From: a virus
Length of the DNA stretch: 64,000 bases
IMG/VR virus record: IMGVR_UViG_3300050343_000212
Strand: one strand, 5' to 3'
In this document: piece by piece, positions 8,738 through 18,418 of the stretch
Position numbering within the stretch: position 1 is the first letter of the stretch
How the letters are laid out: each line of letters starts with the position of its first letter
Notes under the pieces: model-generated
The model's database searches: none
Told to the model about the DNA's origin: nothing
Seen by the model: only the letters and a program-made list of their open reading frames with translations
Position numbers and translations under genes: made by a program

Positions 8738-10525
8738 TCAAACAGTTCCGACTACTTCGGAGAAGTCAACACCAGTTCTGGTGGCAACAAAGGTAAGTGT
8801 GATAAAGTTAATAGACTTGGCAGGTTTCAGGAAGATGTCTGCTCTAAACTCATTGTTATCGATCAGGTCAGGAGTATTATTACTCTCGTCACATTTAACT
8901 GACGAGGTAGTCAATGAGTCCTCTCTTTCGCTTGAACATCACGGAGGTAGGGATCAACAGCGTTCACGAAACCAGATCTTGTAGTCTGGTCGTTGACTTC
9001 AAAGAGTCTTGAATTGGCTGCCTGTTCGATAGTTTTTTCAACCGTCAGGAACAATCTTCTTACGTTTATTCTATCAAAAGCGGAATCATAACCAAGTGCT
9101 GTCTTGTCACCAAACAGAACAATACCAGCACCTGGTTTGTTCATGATTGGATTAATTCTATTACTATAGAGTTGGTCTCTCTGTGTCTTACTTGGGTTGT
9201 AAGCCAACTTGACCGCGTCATTGATAGCTCCTCTTTGGGTACCAGCTGGTGAGAACCAAGGGAAGGATTCAGTGTCAGTTCTAACCATTGCTCCTGCAAC
9301 GTCTGGGTTGCATGGGACGTAGACAAACTGATTATTGAATCTATCAAAAGTATACTTCCAACCACTGTCAAATACAGCGTAGGAGGAAGATGTCAGAGGT
9401 GCATAGAACTCAAGAACGTTCTGTACTTGTGTTGCAGAAAGAGTCTGACCGACAACGTCATCTCTGTGTGGGGAGATAACTGCTATACAATCCTTTCTAG
9501 ACTCGGCAACCTGAATCAGTTTGTTAGCCTTAGCTTGGGAATTGATCTTATCAGGAAGACCGGGACCCATCAGGAGGAAGTCAACAGTAACTTCTGCGTC
9601 ATTCGAGAAGACTTCATAAGAAGTTTGAAGATCTCCAAGTGTTGCTGGGAATCCACTATTTGATGTATAGTTTTGACCACCACCAAGAGTGTATGTCTTA
9701 TTGCCAATGGCTGAGAAACTAATATTTTGTGCTGCTTGTCCCCAAGCTCCACCACCAGCTGTGATTGGTAAAGTTCCAGAACTAAAGTCAATAGCTTTTG
9801 GACTTGTACCTTGAACTGAGTCTTCAGCATTAGAGGGACTATAACCAGCGAAGATATACTTAGAACCGTTAATCAACGCGTTCTTGTAATATGTCCTAGT
9901 TGGTGCTTCACCATCAGCTACAGCATCAGATGCCTTAGAAAGGAAGGTGTGTTTCTCAAGAATATTACCTTGAATACCAGTGACACTACCACTGTCGTCA
10001 ATAACTACAAGGTGGAGTGAGTCACCCGCGCCATTTCTAGAACCAGTATAGTTAGAATCAACTGGTCTGCCAGCGATTGTGTTCCAGAAGATTGGGTTAT
10101 TGGTACCAATTGTTTGTTGATCATACCAGTCAAGTGCTGTTGTAACTGGGGCTGTATAACCGGTTGTAATACCTGTTGAGTTTGTAAAGATTAGTTGATT
10201 AGTTGCAGCGAACGCTCTAGTGGAGTCATTCTTAGCGTACTTAACTTTAGTCTCTGTACCAGCGGTGTCAACTCTCGAAAGAACTCTAACGTCAATCGAA
10301 CTAGAACCACCAGCGTCTGTGGTAACACCAGTAACGATACCTTTAATGTAACCATTGAAAGATGATGTTGTACCAGCACCAGCAATAGCACCAGTGACAG
10401 CGGCTGTAACAGCAGTACCGACGACAACGTTAAGACTACCACCCGGTGCTACAGATTATCAGCTCTTCCTACTGTTAGGTCAACCTCCCTTATCAGAATC
10501 CAGGAGATAATTGAGGAGTCGCCAT
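8738..10525 (-). CDS. gp18: Tail sheath protein gp18, frameshifted and with an apparent internal deletion near the N-terminus
   Basis: Start MATPQLSPG.LIREVDLTVGRADN; C-terminal fragments AESRKDCIAVISP, WFSPAGTQRGAINDAVKLAYNP, SAFDRINVRRLF, FITLTFVATRTGVDFSEVVGTV*. Confidence 0.95.
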
Positions 10526-10560
10526 GTTTTGATTCTCCGTGGTCTCAGTTTATCTTCAAA

Positions 10561-10568
10561 TATTTATT
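10561..10568 (-). promoter_or_regulatory. Late promoter-like AATAAATA upstream of gp18
   Basis: Plus-strand tatttatt about 36 nt upstream of the gp18 ATG. Confidence 0.6.
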
Positions 10569-10604
10569 AATAACTGACTTTTCACAGGGGAAACATGACG
10601 TGAA

Positions 10605-10829
10605 TTACCAATCTGGATACTCCCAATCATTAATTGGTGATTTTTTATTCATTAAAATTCTTTTTATTGTACAGTCTTTACATTCGTAAGAGTATGATGA
10701 TACAACAGCGCCTCTATCCTTTCTTGTTCTATAAAATCCATCAATTAAATTTTTATTAAGACCACAAGATCTACATTTTCTATCTTGTAAAAGTAGGTGT
10801 CCAAGTTTAATTTGTCCATCTAAATCCAT
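10605..10829 (-). CDS. Small CxxC...CxxC zinc-binding protein, conserved between gp17 and gp18 in cyanophages
   Basis: RKCRSCG...YSYECKDC; start overlaps the gp17 stop (TAATG). Confidence 0.85.
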   Translation of the reverse strand: MDLDGQIKLGHLLLQDRKCRSCGLNKNLIDGFYRTRKDRGAVVSSYSYECKDCTIKRILMNKKSPINDWEYPDW

Positions 10830-12478
10830 TATCTATAGTCCCACATAAATGATCATCTCACCATATTCACCAACCGAAGCATTAGACCAACGATCACCTG
10901 AGCATCAACAAAACTATCTTCATCTAATCCATCATTTAAAAATCCAAATGGTGCCATGTCCTGTTCAATTTGATTTTTTTGCTCTTCATATAATCTTTTA
11001 CTAACATCTTGATCAGTCAGTTCTTTAAAGTAATCCATCTGGACTAACCAAGCATAAATGACAAGACACATTGCCAAGTCATCATTACAACCTTCTTCTG
11101 CCTCAAATGAATTATGCTTTGAGATAAATGTTGTTAACTCAGAAATAATCTCATAATCATTAAAGATAAGTTTATCTTCTTCAATAAGAGTTTTAAGATT
11201 AAGTGATCCAACTTTTCTTGACAGTCTTGGACATCTTAACACCAATTGAGTTTTCTTACCAGAAAATCCTTGACCTACAATTTGACCTGCTCTACCTCTC
11301 ATAGAGCACATAAGAAGATTTTGATATTCAAGATCATATTGTAAAATACTTGCAACTTGATCACCAATATCATTTACTTCACATAAGATAAATGCACTAT
11401 TATAACTCTTGCTACTCATAAATGATATAGGGAACAACATTGGTTTAATATCATTATTTCTATATTTTGCAACAATTTTATGAGGAAATTCTGTAATATC
11501 AACAACAACAAAAGCAGAATAGTCTTCACCAACTCCCCTTGCAACGTCAACTGTCATTACATAATCATGATCTTGTTTGGTTTTCATATACATCTAATCC
11601 AGCATTTCTTTGTATTGGATTATCATAGACTAAAGTTCTTAATTTACTTGGAGCAATCAAGAGTATTAACTGATCCTAAAAATTCACATTCAAACTCAAC
11701 TTTAAATTGTGCTTCTGAAGTGTTTGCAATTGTAGTTCTTTCCACTTCTCATCTCTACCAGGAACTTCTGACCAGTGAACATCTGTTGGAATATACTCAT
11801 TTTTACCTTTCTCCGCATCATGCCACATACGGTAGAAGTGATTCATACCGTGTGGAGTGGATACAATAATTACTTTGGTGTTTTTACCAGAAGTAATAGT
11901 AGGATAAACAGATGCAAAGAACGAGTCTGCAACATGGTTTGGAACGAATGCAAATTCGTCGAGGAAGAGGATATTGAACGACATGCCTCGGACAGCACTT
12001 GCAGACGTAGAAGCTGCCAATATCTTACTGCCATTTTCTAACTCCAAGATCCTTTGTTCCATGCAATAATACCCTGCTGCATCCATTTGGGCAAGTTCTC
12101 ATATGCAGTTTGTAATCTTCCTAAAAGTTCTCTAGCAGTCGCTGCTTTGTTAGCAAGGATGCCAATATTAACAGAGTCATTGAATACCGCATAATGAAGA
12201 AGATAAGACACAACTGTAGTACTTTTGCCAGTTTGACGGGGCATTTTACAGATGTTAAATCTATTTCATGAAAATTATTAATTAACTTTTCTTGGAAATG
12301 ATATGGATGAAACTGAGTTAAGACCCTCATCCAGAGAAACAATTTTAATATATTTGTTAGCAAAATATACAGGATCTTCTTTACATCGCATAAACTCAAG
12401 AATTTGTTCTTGAGTAAATTCAATTGCAGTATTTGCTTTTTTTAGATTAGGATTACCAAGATATACATTATCAGGCAT
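10829..12478 (-). CDS. gp17: Terminase large subunit gp17, split by frameshifts
   Basis: YLGNPNLKKAN; MPRQTGKST (Walker A); ILFLDEFAFVP (Walker B); VMTVDVARGVGEDYSAF and GCNDDLAMCLV (RNase H-like nuclease); reconstructed end FMWDYR*. Confidence 0.96.
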
Positions 12479-12484
12479 AATTAA

Positions 12485-13138
12485 TCAACAGTTCCAAGCT
12501 CTAAGTGATTTATTGATTCTGCTATCTGGATCTCTTGCAGTTTTAGCAGAAGTTAATTTCTTCTTCATTCCTTTCATTCTTGCACATGCTTCATCAATAA
12601 CTTCTACTTCAATACCAGCATACTTCATAGCTGCAATCTGAGTCTCAGTGAACTCAGGAAGGTCATAGAAACCTTCAAATCCTTCTTTCTTAGTAGAATT
12701 ACCCCAGTTAGCTGCACCAACCTTACGACACTTCACTAATGCACCTGATGCATAAGCTGAAGGCCATACAGAATAACGAGACTTTACCTTACTGTAACAG
12801 GCGTCTTTAGTCCCACTACCTTTACCTTTCTTATCTGATGCTTCGTTAAAGATTTCTTCTTTCATTTTCTTCTTTGGTTTATCAGTGGAAACGTAGGTTG
12901 GTTTGGCTGCTCCAGACTTTTGTTGTTGTCCAGGATCTTGTCTTGACTTTCTTGTGTCAGCTGATCGAAGTTCTTTCTTCGACATACTAGCTTTCTTAGA
13001 TGAAGAATAACACTTAGGTGTTCCCTTTTCACCAGGTTCATTAGCACAAGGGGAACCATCAGATTGAACCCAACCGGGTTTACCATCTTTTGATTTAGAT
13101 TTACCAAACCAATCTCTAAGTCCCTCTTCGTTAATCAT
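12485..13138 (-). CDS. Basic modular protein, candidate capsid-internal polyprotein
   Basis: Lys-rich modules EGLRDWFGKSKSKDGKPGWV, DACYSKVKSRYSVWPSAYASGALVKCRK and CARMKGMKKKLTSAKTARDPDSRINKSLRAWNC recur in cyanophage proteins; preceded by TATAAATA. Confidence 0.8.
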   Translation of the reverse strand: MINEEGLRDWFGKSKSKDGKPGWVQSDGSPCANEPGEKGTPKCYSSSKKASMSKKELRSADTRKSRQDPGQQQKSGAAKPTYVSTDKPKKKMKEEIFNEASDKKGKGSGTKDACYSKVKSRYSVWPSAYASGALVKCRKVGAANWGNSTKKEGFEGFYDLPEFTETQIAAMKYAGIEVEVIDEACARMKGMKKKLTSAKTARDPDSRINKSLRAWNC

Positions 13139-13158
13139 CGCAAATAAAGAGTTTCTTT

Positions 13159-13166
13159 TATTTATA
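13159..13166 (-). promoter_or_regulatory. Late promoter TATAAATA
   Basis: Perfect consensus 20 nt upstream of the ATG at 13138. Confidence 0.75.
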
Positions 13167-13344
13167 GTCCAATAATAGTCAAAGGGTTTGAGAACACAGT
13201 GGCTACACCTGTTGTGCTGTCAAACTCAATTCTATTACTTTCATAATCCAAAGTTTTCATGTCTCCCAACTCAATACCATCACTGGCAATTCCAATATTG
13301 CCACCACCACCAGAACCATTGATTTCACTGATTAGTTTAGGCAT
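13162..13344 (-). CDS. Small hypothetical protein, probably structural, 60 aa
   Basis: Translationally coupled to the upstream ORF; GGGG linker and IGIASDG motif as in the fibre proteins. Confidence 0.7.
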   Translation of the reverse strand: MPKLISEINGSGGGGNIGIASDGIELGDMKTLDYESNRIEFDSTTGVATVFSNPLTIIGL

Positions 13345-13676
13345 CAGTTTGCAGTCTCCAATACTGAAAGAAGAACTTTAAGTGTGCTATTAGCTCCAGC
13401 ACTTGCTTTGACAGAATCATTGGTCTGAAGAACCAATTTGCCGTCGAGAGGGATGAAAGCATCATTGACTGGTACAGTAGCACCTTTGATGATTTCAGTT
13501 GTAGTGGAACTTCTAACATGTGACATGGTCACTGTTGTAGAATCACTCGCAACATTTGTGATATGTGCATAAAGAACAATACCGGTATATCCAGTCGGTG
13601 CAGTGTAGACTGTCTGATCAGATGTGGTCAGTACAATCGTTTCTGTCTTGAATCTATTAAGTGCTAACTGTGCCAT
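13344..13676 (-). CDS. Conserved cyanophage beta-rich protein, probably virion-associated, 110 aa
   Basis: MAQLALNRFKT...VYTAPTGYTGIVL...LDGKLVLQTNDS...LSVLETAN; abuts the fibre gene. Confidence 0.8.
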   Translation of the reverse strand: MAQLALNRFKTETIVLTTSDQTVYTAPTGYTGIVLYAHITNVASDSTTVTMSHVRSSTTTEIIKGATVPVNDAFIPLDGKLVLQTNDSVKASAGANSTLKVLLSVLETAN

Positions 13677-16600
13677 TTAACTAAGTGCTAGAATGAAAGG
13701 GGTCATTTCTGAGAACAGACTTTTGGAGAATGCTCTTCCACTAATCGTTCCTGTTGATTGATTAATCTGGAACTCATCACCAATTCTGAAATTACCAGAC
13801 TGATCGGTACTGGTGTAAATCACACTACCTCCATTTTGAGTTACAACTTCATTTGCTTGAATTGTAACACCACCTCTCTTGGGTGTTGCTGATGTAATAT
13901 CGTTGCCGGAACCAATATACTCAAAAGTATGAGAACTGGCGATAATCTTACTCTGTTGGAAGAAGTATGTTGTAGATCCTACCCCAACAGTGTTGAGTAG
14001 ATTTTCAGCAAGAGTTAATGTAGTAATCCCAGCAGTAATGGGAGTTGAGCTATTTATCGTGTAATAGGTATCTGCCATAACTGCTGTTGCAGTGGCGGTT
14101 GTACCTGTATCTGGAGCAGAGATAGTTACAGTAGCAGTTCCTGTATATTGACTTCCACTACTAATGATATCAATTTCAGTTACTGTACCATTTTCTATTG
14201 TGACGAATGCTGTTGCCACTTCTCCATTTGGACCTGTGGGAGATGATATAGTTACAGAAGGTGTACTTGTATATCCACTACCACCAGATGTAATTGTAAT
14301 GGTTTCTACAGACTTGTAAAGTTGATCAAAATAAACAATTTGACCATCGTATGGTCTAGTAGTAACACCACCTAGATTGACAACAATATTATCTTGTCCA
14401 ACATTGCCACTTGAAGTTACAGTACCAATAAACTGTTGATTACTTACACCATCCGCAACCAAACCGAAAGTGCCAAAACTACAGTTACTATTTGCCAGGT
14501 CTGCTTGACCACCTTTATGGACTGTTATAGCTTCGTTACAACAAATAGTGAATACTGAAACTAATTGTGCATATCCCTGATTAGTAATAGCAACACCAAC
14601 ACCACCTTGATTATATTGTGTAAAGGCATCAACATTCATTGACTTAGTCAAGACAGCCTTATCACCATCAACCCTGATACCAGTTCCAGTAGTGGTGTCA
14701 CTAGTACAGTTCTGGATGTATGGACCTTTCCACTTACCACCACCAACATTAGTAGCACCAGCTGTTGGGAATGCAACTGCAGATGAAGGAGCCAAGTGAC
14801 CGGAGAAGGTCATATTAGCCAACTTACATCCTTTATTAACATGGAACAGATCTTGAGTTGTACTACTTGGTAAGACTTTTACAGTTCTTTGATCATCACC
14901 AACTACTGCTACAAAAGCTGGAAGTGTGATAGGATTATTCTCAACATAATTACCAGACAAAACCTTGATAACTGAACCTGACTGAGCCACACCAACAGCT
15001 CCGGCAATAGTCAGTTTAGCGTTATCAATTGATGTTCCATTATTGGAATCATTACCATCTTTAGCAACATAGAAAACATTGGGTGCTGAGTTGATACCAG
15101 TTGCACCAGAATTAATGGTAACATTTGGACCAATCTCAATATTAGAATTGGAGATAGTAACAATACCAACACCAATTGTTTCATTGTTACCATCGATGGT
15201 AACTGATGCTGTACCAATAGTAAGGATTCCAGTAATTCTTGCGTCACCTCTTACCAAAAGGGCAGTGGCCGCTGTTCCTGCATTGACTTCAAGACCACTT
15301 CTGAATGTTGAAAGTCCGAGAGAATCTACATGTTTTACATCATCATATGTGATAGTTCCAGCAACATTCACATTTGTGAAGTTACCAGTTGTCATTGTGA
15401 TAGCAATACCACTAATGAAACTTGTTTGAGCTATTCCAGCACCACCAAAGGCAGTACTAGCAATACCAACCCACTTGGAGTTAGCCTGATCATAAATCAG
15501 TAGTTTGTTATCTCCTGTTGATGCATCAAACGAAACATCATCAAGATCTTTTATAAATCCTGCTCCACCACCACCCATAGTGGAGAGTTGAGTGGTGATT
15601 CTAGATAAGAACAACCTGTAATGAGTAGACAGATCCTCCAGTGTCGCAAAGTTCTGATTAATAGGTGTCAGTGGGTCAATCTGACCACCGGCTCTTTCTT
15701 TTTCTTCTGGAGGTTCGTTGAGAAGATAGTTTTCTTTTAGTTCAGTTTGTTCAGTTTTGATTAAAGAAGCGATTTTAGATAACTCTTTCAGTTCTTTTCT
15801 AAGAGAAAGAATATCACTATCAATTCTTGAGACATCCTCATCGTAGTATTTTACTTCAGGGAGTGCATCAACAGTCCCCTTCAGATCAGTAAAGAACTTG
15901 AGAATAGACTCATCTGCCTTAACACTCTGTTCGTTAATCTTCTCAATCTGCCCTTCAAGGGACTGTTTGAGTTTATTCTGTTCACTAAGAACAGATTTTC
16001 TTAACTTTTTATCATCATCTTTAAATGTATTACGAAGTTCCCAGATTCTAATAGAAGTTTCTTTTATCTCTTTATAGATTTTATCCTTAGTTTCTGTGAT
16101 TCTATCGTTTGTTTGATCAAGATTGTCCCCAAGGTTTTTTACATCAACTTTAAATTCAAATTCTTTAACCTCAAGAGACTCATTTAGTTCATTAACCTCA
16201 CGATTAATCTTCTCTTTGATTATATCAATATGCCCTTGTACTTTGCAGAAGTCATCATCGATGAGACTGAAAGTTTTACCAATCCAAGAGAAGTCTGGGA
16301 CTTCCTGAACTTCCTGAATCCAGTCAGGGAAGGTTGGAATAGCCTCATTTACCTGTTCAATTCTTGATTTGAGAGATTCAAGATCCTCTTCATAGTATTT
16401 TACTTCTGGAAGACTTTTTATTTCTTCCTTAATGTCGATAATTTTATCATAAATTGAGTTAATGTCATGGTCATAGTACTTGACCGTAGGAATTTTTGAC
16501 TCAATTTCAAATAATTTACCCTCAAATTCTTCACTTTGAACACTTAGGACATCAATTTTATCTGTCTTTGCATAATTTGATTGAATTTGTTCAATTTGAG

Positions 16601-16904
16601 CACTAATTTCCGCTAATTGCTCATCATAATACCTAATTTCAGGTATTTCTGGAATATCTTTTCTTACATCATTGACTAAACGGACCAATTCCGACCATTC
16701 TGGAACCTGAACAACGTCAGTTACTTCTAGAAATGATTCTCCATCGGAATTTTCGATGGTCTGTGTCTCTTCCTCTACAGTTTTTTCAAGAAAATCTTCG
16801 ACTGAGGGCAGATTTTCTTCTTTAAATTCTTCTACTGACGGTAAATTCTCAGGATCTTCTATGAAATCCCTATAAGAAGGTAAATTATTATTATCACGCG
16901 ACAT
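13677..16904 (-). CDS. 1075-aa virion appendage: N-terminal coiled coil, fibre segment and C-terminal beta-helix-like domain
   Basis: aa 1-440 heptad-rich with four (I/L)PE(V/I)KYY(D/E) repeats; GGGG hinge; NVFYVAKDGNDSNNGTSIDNAKLTIAGA beta-helix cap motif. Late promoter-like GATAAATA at 16951-16958. Confidence 0.8.
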   Translation of the reverse strand: MSRDNNNLPSYRDFIEDPENLPSVEEFKEENLPSVEDFLEKTVEEETQTIENSDGESFLEVTDVVQVPEWSELVRLVNDVRKDIPEIPEIRYYDEQLAEISAQIEQIQSNYAKTDKIDVLSVQSEEFEGKLFEIESKIPTVKYYDHDINSIYDKIIDIKEEIKSLPEVKYYEEDLESLKSRIEQVNEAIPTFPDWIQEVQEVPDFSWIGKTFSLIDDDFCKVQGHIDIIKEKINREVNELNESLEVKEFEFKVDVKNLGDNLDQTNDRITETKDKIYKEIKETSIRIWELRNTFKDDDKKLRKSVLSEQNKLKQSLEGQIEKINEQSVKADESILKFFTDLKGTVDALPEVKYYDEDVSRIDSDILSLRKELKELSKIASLIKTEQTELKENYLLNEPPEEKERAGGQIDPLTPINQNFATLEDLSTHYRLFLSRITTQLSTMGGGGAGFIKDLDDVSFDASTGDNKLLIYDQANSKWVGIASTAFGGAGIAQTSFISGIAITMTTGNFTNVNVAGTITYDDVKHVDSLGLSTFRSGLEVNAGTAATALLVRGDARITGILTIGTASVTIDGNNETIGVGIVTISNSNIEIGPNVTINSGATGINSAPNVFYVAKDGNDSNNGTSIDNAKLTIAGAVGVAQSGSVIKVLSGNYVENNPITLPAFVAVVGDDQRTVKVLPSSTTQDLFHVNKGCKLANMTFSGHLAPSSAVAFPTAGATNVGGGKWKGPYIQNCTSDTTTGTGIRVDGDKAVLTKSMNVDAFTQYNQGGVGVAITNQGYAQLVSVFTICCNEAITVHKGGQADLANSNCSFGTFGLVADGVSNQQFIGTVTSSGNVGQDNIVVNLGGVTTRPYDGQIVYFDQLYKSVETITITSGGSGYTSTPSVTISSPTGPNGEVATAFVTIENGTVTEIDIISSGSQYTGTATVTISAPDTGTTATATAVMADTYYTINSSTPITAGITTLTLAENLLNTVGVGSTTYFFQQSKIIASSHTFEYIGSGNDITSATPKRGGVTIQANEVVTQNGGSVIYTSTDQSGNFRIGDEFQINQSTGTISGRAFSKSLFSEMTPFILALS

Positions 16905-16949
16905 GTCAGTTATTAGTAAGAATACTTTGGGATTTCTCTCCCGTTCTTA

Positions 16950-17372
16950 CTATTTATCATTAGTATTTTTCTTCAATAACTTTTGAAGTTCAGCTGTTGA
17001 ACCAACAAAAAGTGCATTATTAACAGTGGTTGGACCCTTAAGATCTTTTTCATCCTCCACATCTTTCAACTTCTGTTGTAATGTGAGAAGTTTGTCGGTA
17101 GCATCAGCTACGTTCTTGATCAATTGACCGGCAACTTCATATGCTCTAGGCATCTCACTCTCCTGTGCCAACTCAAGAATACCATTAATAGCCTCTTGCC
17201 CCTTTTCAATGATGGAATAAAGGTTACCTCTTGTGTATTCGTAGTCTTTTCTGATATCTTCAGAGTCAGTTTTTATTTTCTCAATCTTTGAACTAGTGAT
17301 ATTCCTTTGAACTTCTACCTCAACAGATTCAACGTTGAAAGTTTCATCCAGTTTTTCATACTTATCAGTCAT
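16950..17372 (-). CDS. gp16: Terminase small subunit gp16
   Basis: KDYEYTRGNLYSIIEKGQEAINGILELAQESEMPRAYEVAGQLIKNVAD...NNALFVGSTAELQKLL. Confidence 0.93.
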   Translation of the reverse strand: MTDKYEKLDETFNVESVEVEVQRNITSSKIEKIKTDSEDIRKDYEYTRGNLYSIIEKGQEAINGILELAQESEMPRAYEVAGQLIKNVADATDKLLTLQQKLKDVEDEKDLKGPTTVNNALFVGSTAELQKLLKKNTNDK

Positions 17373-17380
17373 ATATTACC

Positions 17381-18388
17381 TCAGAAAACCATACCATCAA
17401 AACCAAAGTCATCACCAACCTCAATGAAGTTAGCATCATTGGCTGTAATGGTCTTAATTGCAGAACCAAGAACGTGTTCTTTGACCTCAGTTCCGTCTTG
17501 ACCTCTTTTGACAGTGATGTTGTTTCCACTGACTTTCTCAATATACATCTCTTCTTTATTAATTTCAATATATGTTGCTGCTGATAGTTGAGATGCATCA
17601 TCTACAGTAATCACTTTCTCTGTAGAATCTATGTTTTCTGTAGTAGTGGTGACGACACTGTCATCATAATCCTGAATAGCTCTTGGTGCAACTCTGTAGG
17701 AGATGTCTCTTTCTGGATTTCTAAGACCTGGACTAGCGGACCCAGCAACGTAACCAACAGTAACTTTTCTGATAATATCATTTGAAACATCTGTTAGAGG
17801 TCCGAAGATGAATGTTTTAGCTGTAAATGTTAAAGTATATACAAGAGATCTTCTGGTCTCAAAATTACCCTCATAATCATCTTCCATTTGGATACCCTCA
17901 AGTTGAATGGGTATATCTCTCTTCTCTTTAAAATCACCAAGAAAATTGATTGGAAGATTGTAAGACGGTTGAAAATGTGGAAGAATTTGTTCAACAATCT
18001 GCAACATATCATCATTCAGTTTTGTCATGATAGACAACTGAATAGTCATGTTATATGGTACGGGAACATATCCTTTCTTTACTTCACTACCAGTCGTATT
18101 TTTGACTACAAACTGTTGTGTCTGAGTTGATTTTCTAGTAGGATCATACTGAAGATCGGTGAACTCAAATGACATCCTCGGTAAGGACATTTGAGTTGAC
18201 TTATTCAGATTAGCTTGTTGTTCAATCCTAGCAAGAAACTTCTGAGTTGGTCCATATGCCAATGGGACTCTCAGAGTACTAACACTATTGTCAGATTCAT
18301 TTTTATGTTGAATTTCAATCCCATTAAACATTGATCCGAATCCGATAATTACGGATCTAAAGATCTCATTATAGAAATACTCAAACAT
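17381..18388 (-). CDS. gp15: Tail sheath stabiliser / head-tail connector gp15
   Basis: MFEYFYNEIFRSVIIGFGSMFN, VPLAYGPTQKFLARI, LPRMSFE, DDMLQIVEQILPHFQP. Confidence 0.95.
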   Translation of the reverse strand: MFEYFYNEIFRSVIIGFGSMFNGIEIQHKNESDNSVSTLRVPLAYGPTQKFLARIEQQANLNKSTQMSLPRMSFEFTDLQYDPTRKSTQTQQFVVKNTTGSEVKKGYVPVPYNMTIQLSIMTKLNDDMLQIVEQILPHFQPSYNLPINFLGDFKEKRDIPIQLEGIQMEDDYEGNFETRRSLVYTLTFTAKTFIFGPLTDVSNDIIRKVTVGYVAGSASPGLRNPERDISYRVAPRAIQDYDDSVVTTTTENIDSTEKVITVDDASQLSAATYIEINKEEMYIEKVSGNNITVKRGQDGTEVKEHVLGSAIKTITANDANFIEVGDDFGFDGMVF

Positions 18389-18418
18389 CAGTCTAGTGTT
18401 TATTTGTTACTATTTAGA

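Noticed and set aside
6260-12478. Introns, inteins or homing endonucleases interrupting gp20, gp18 or gp17
   Set aside because: Gene spans are normal or shorter than expected and no extra domain sequence is present; the breaks are small indels or deletions.
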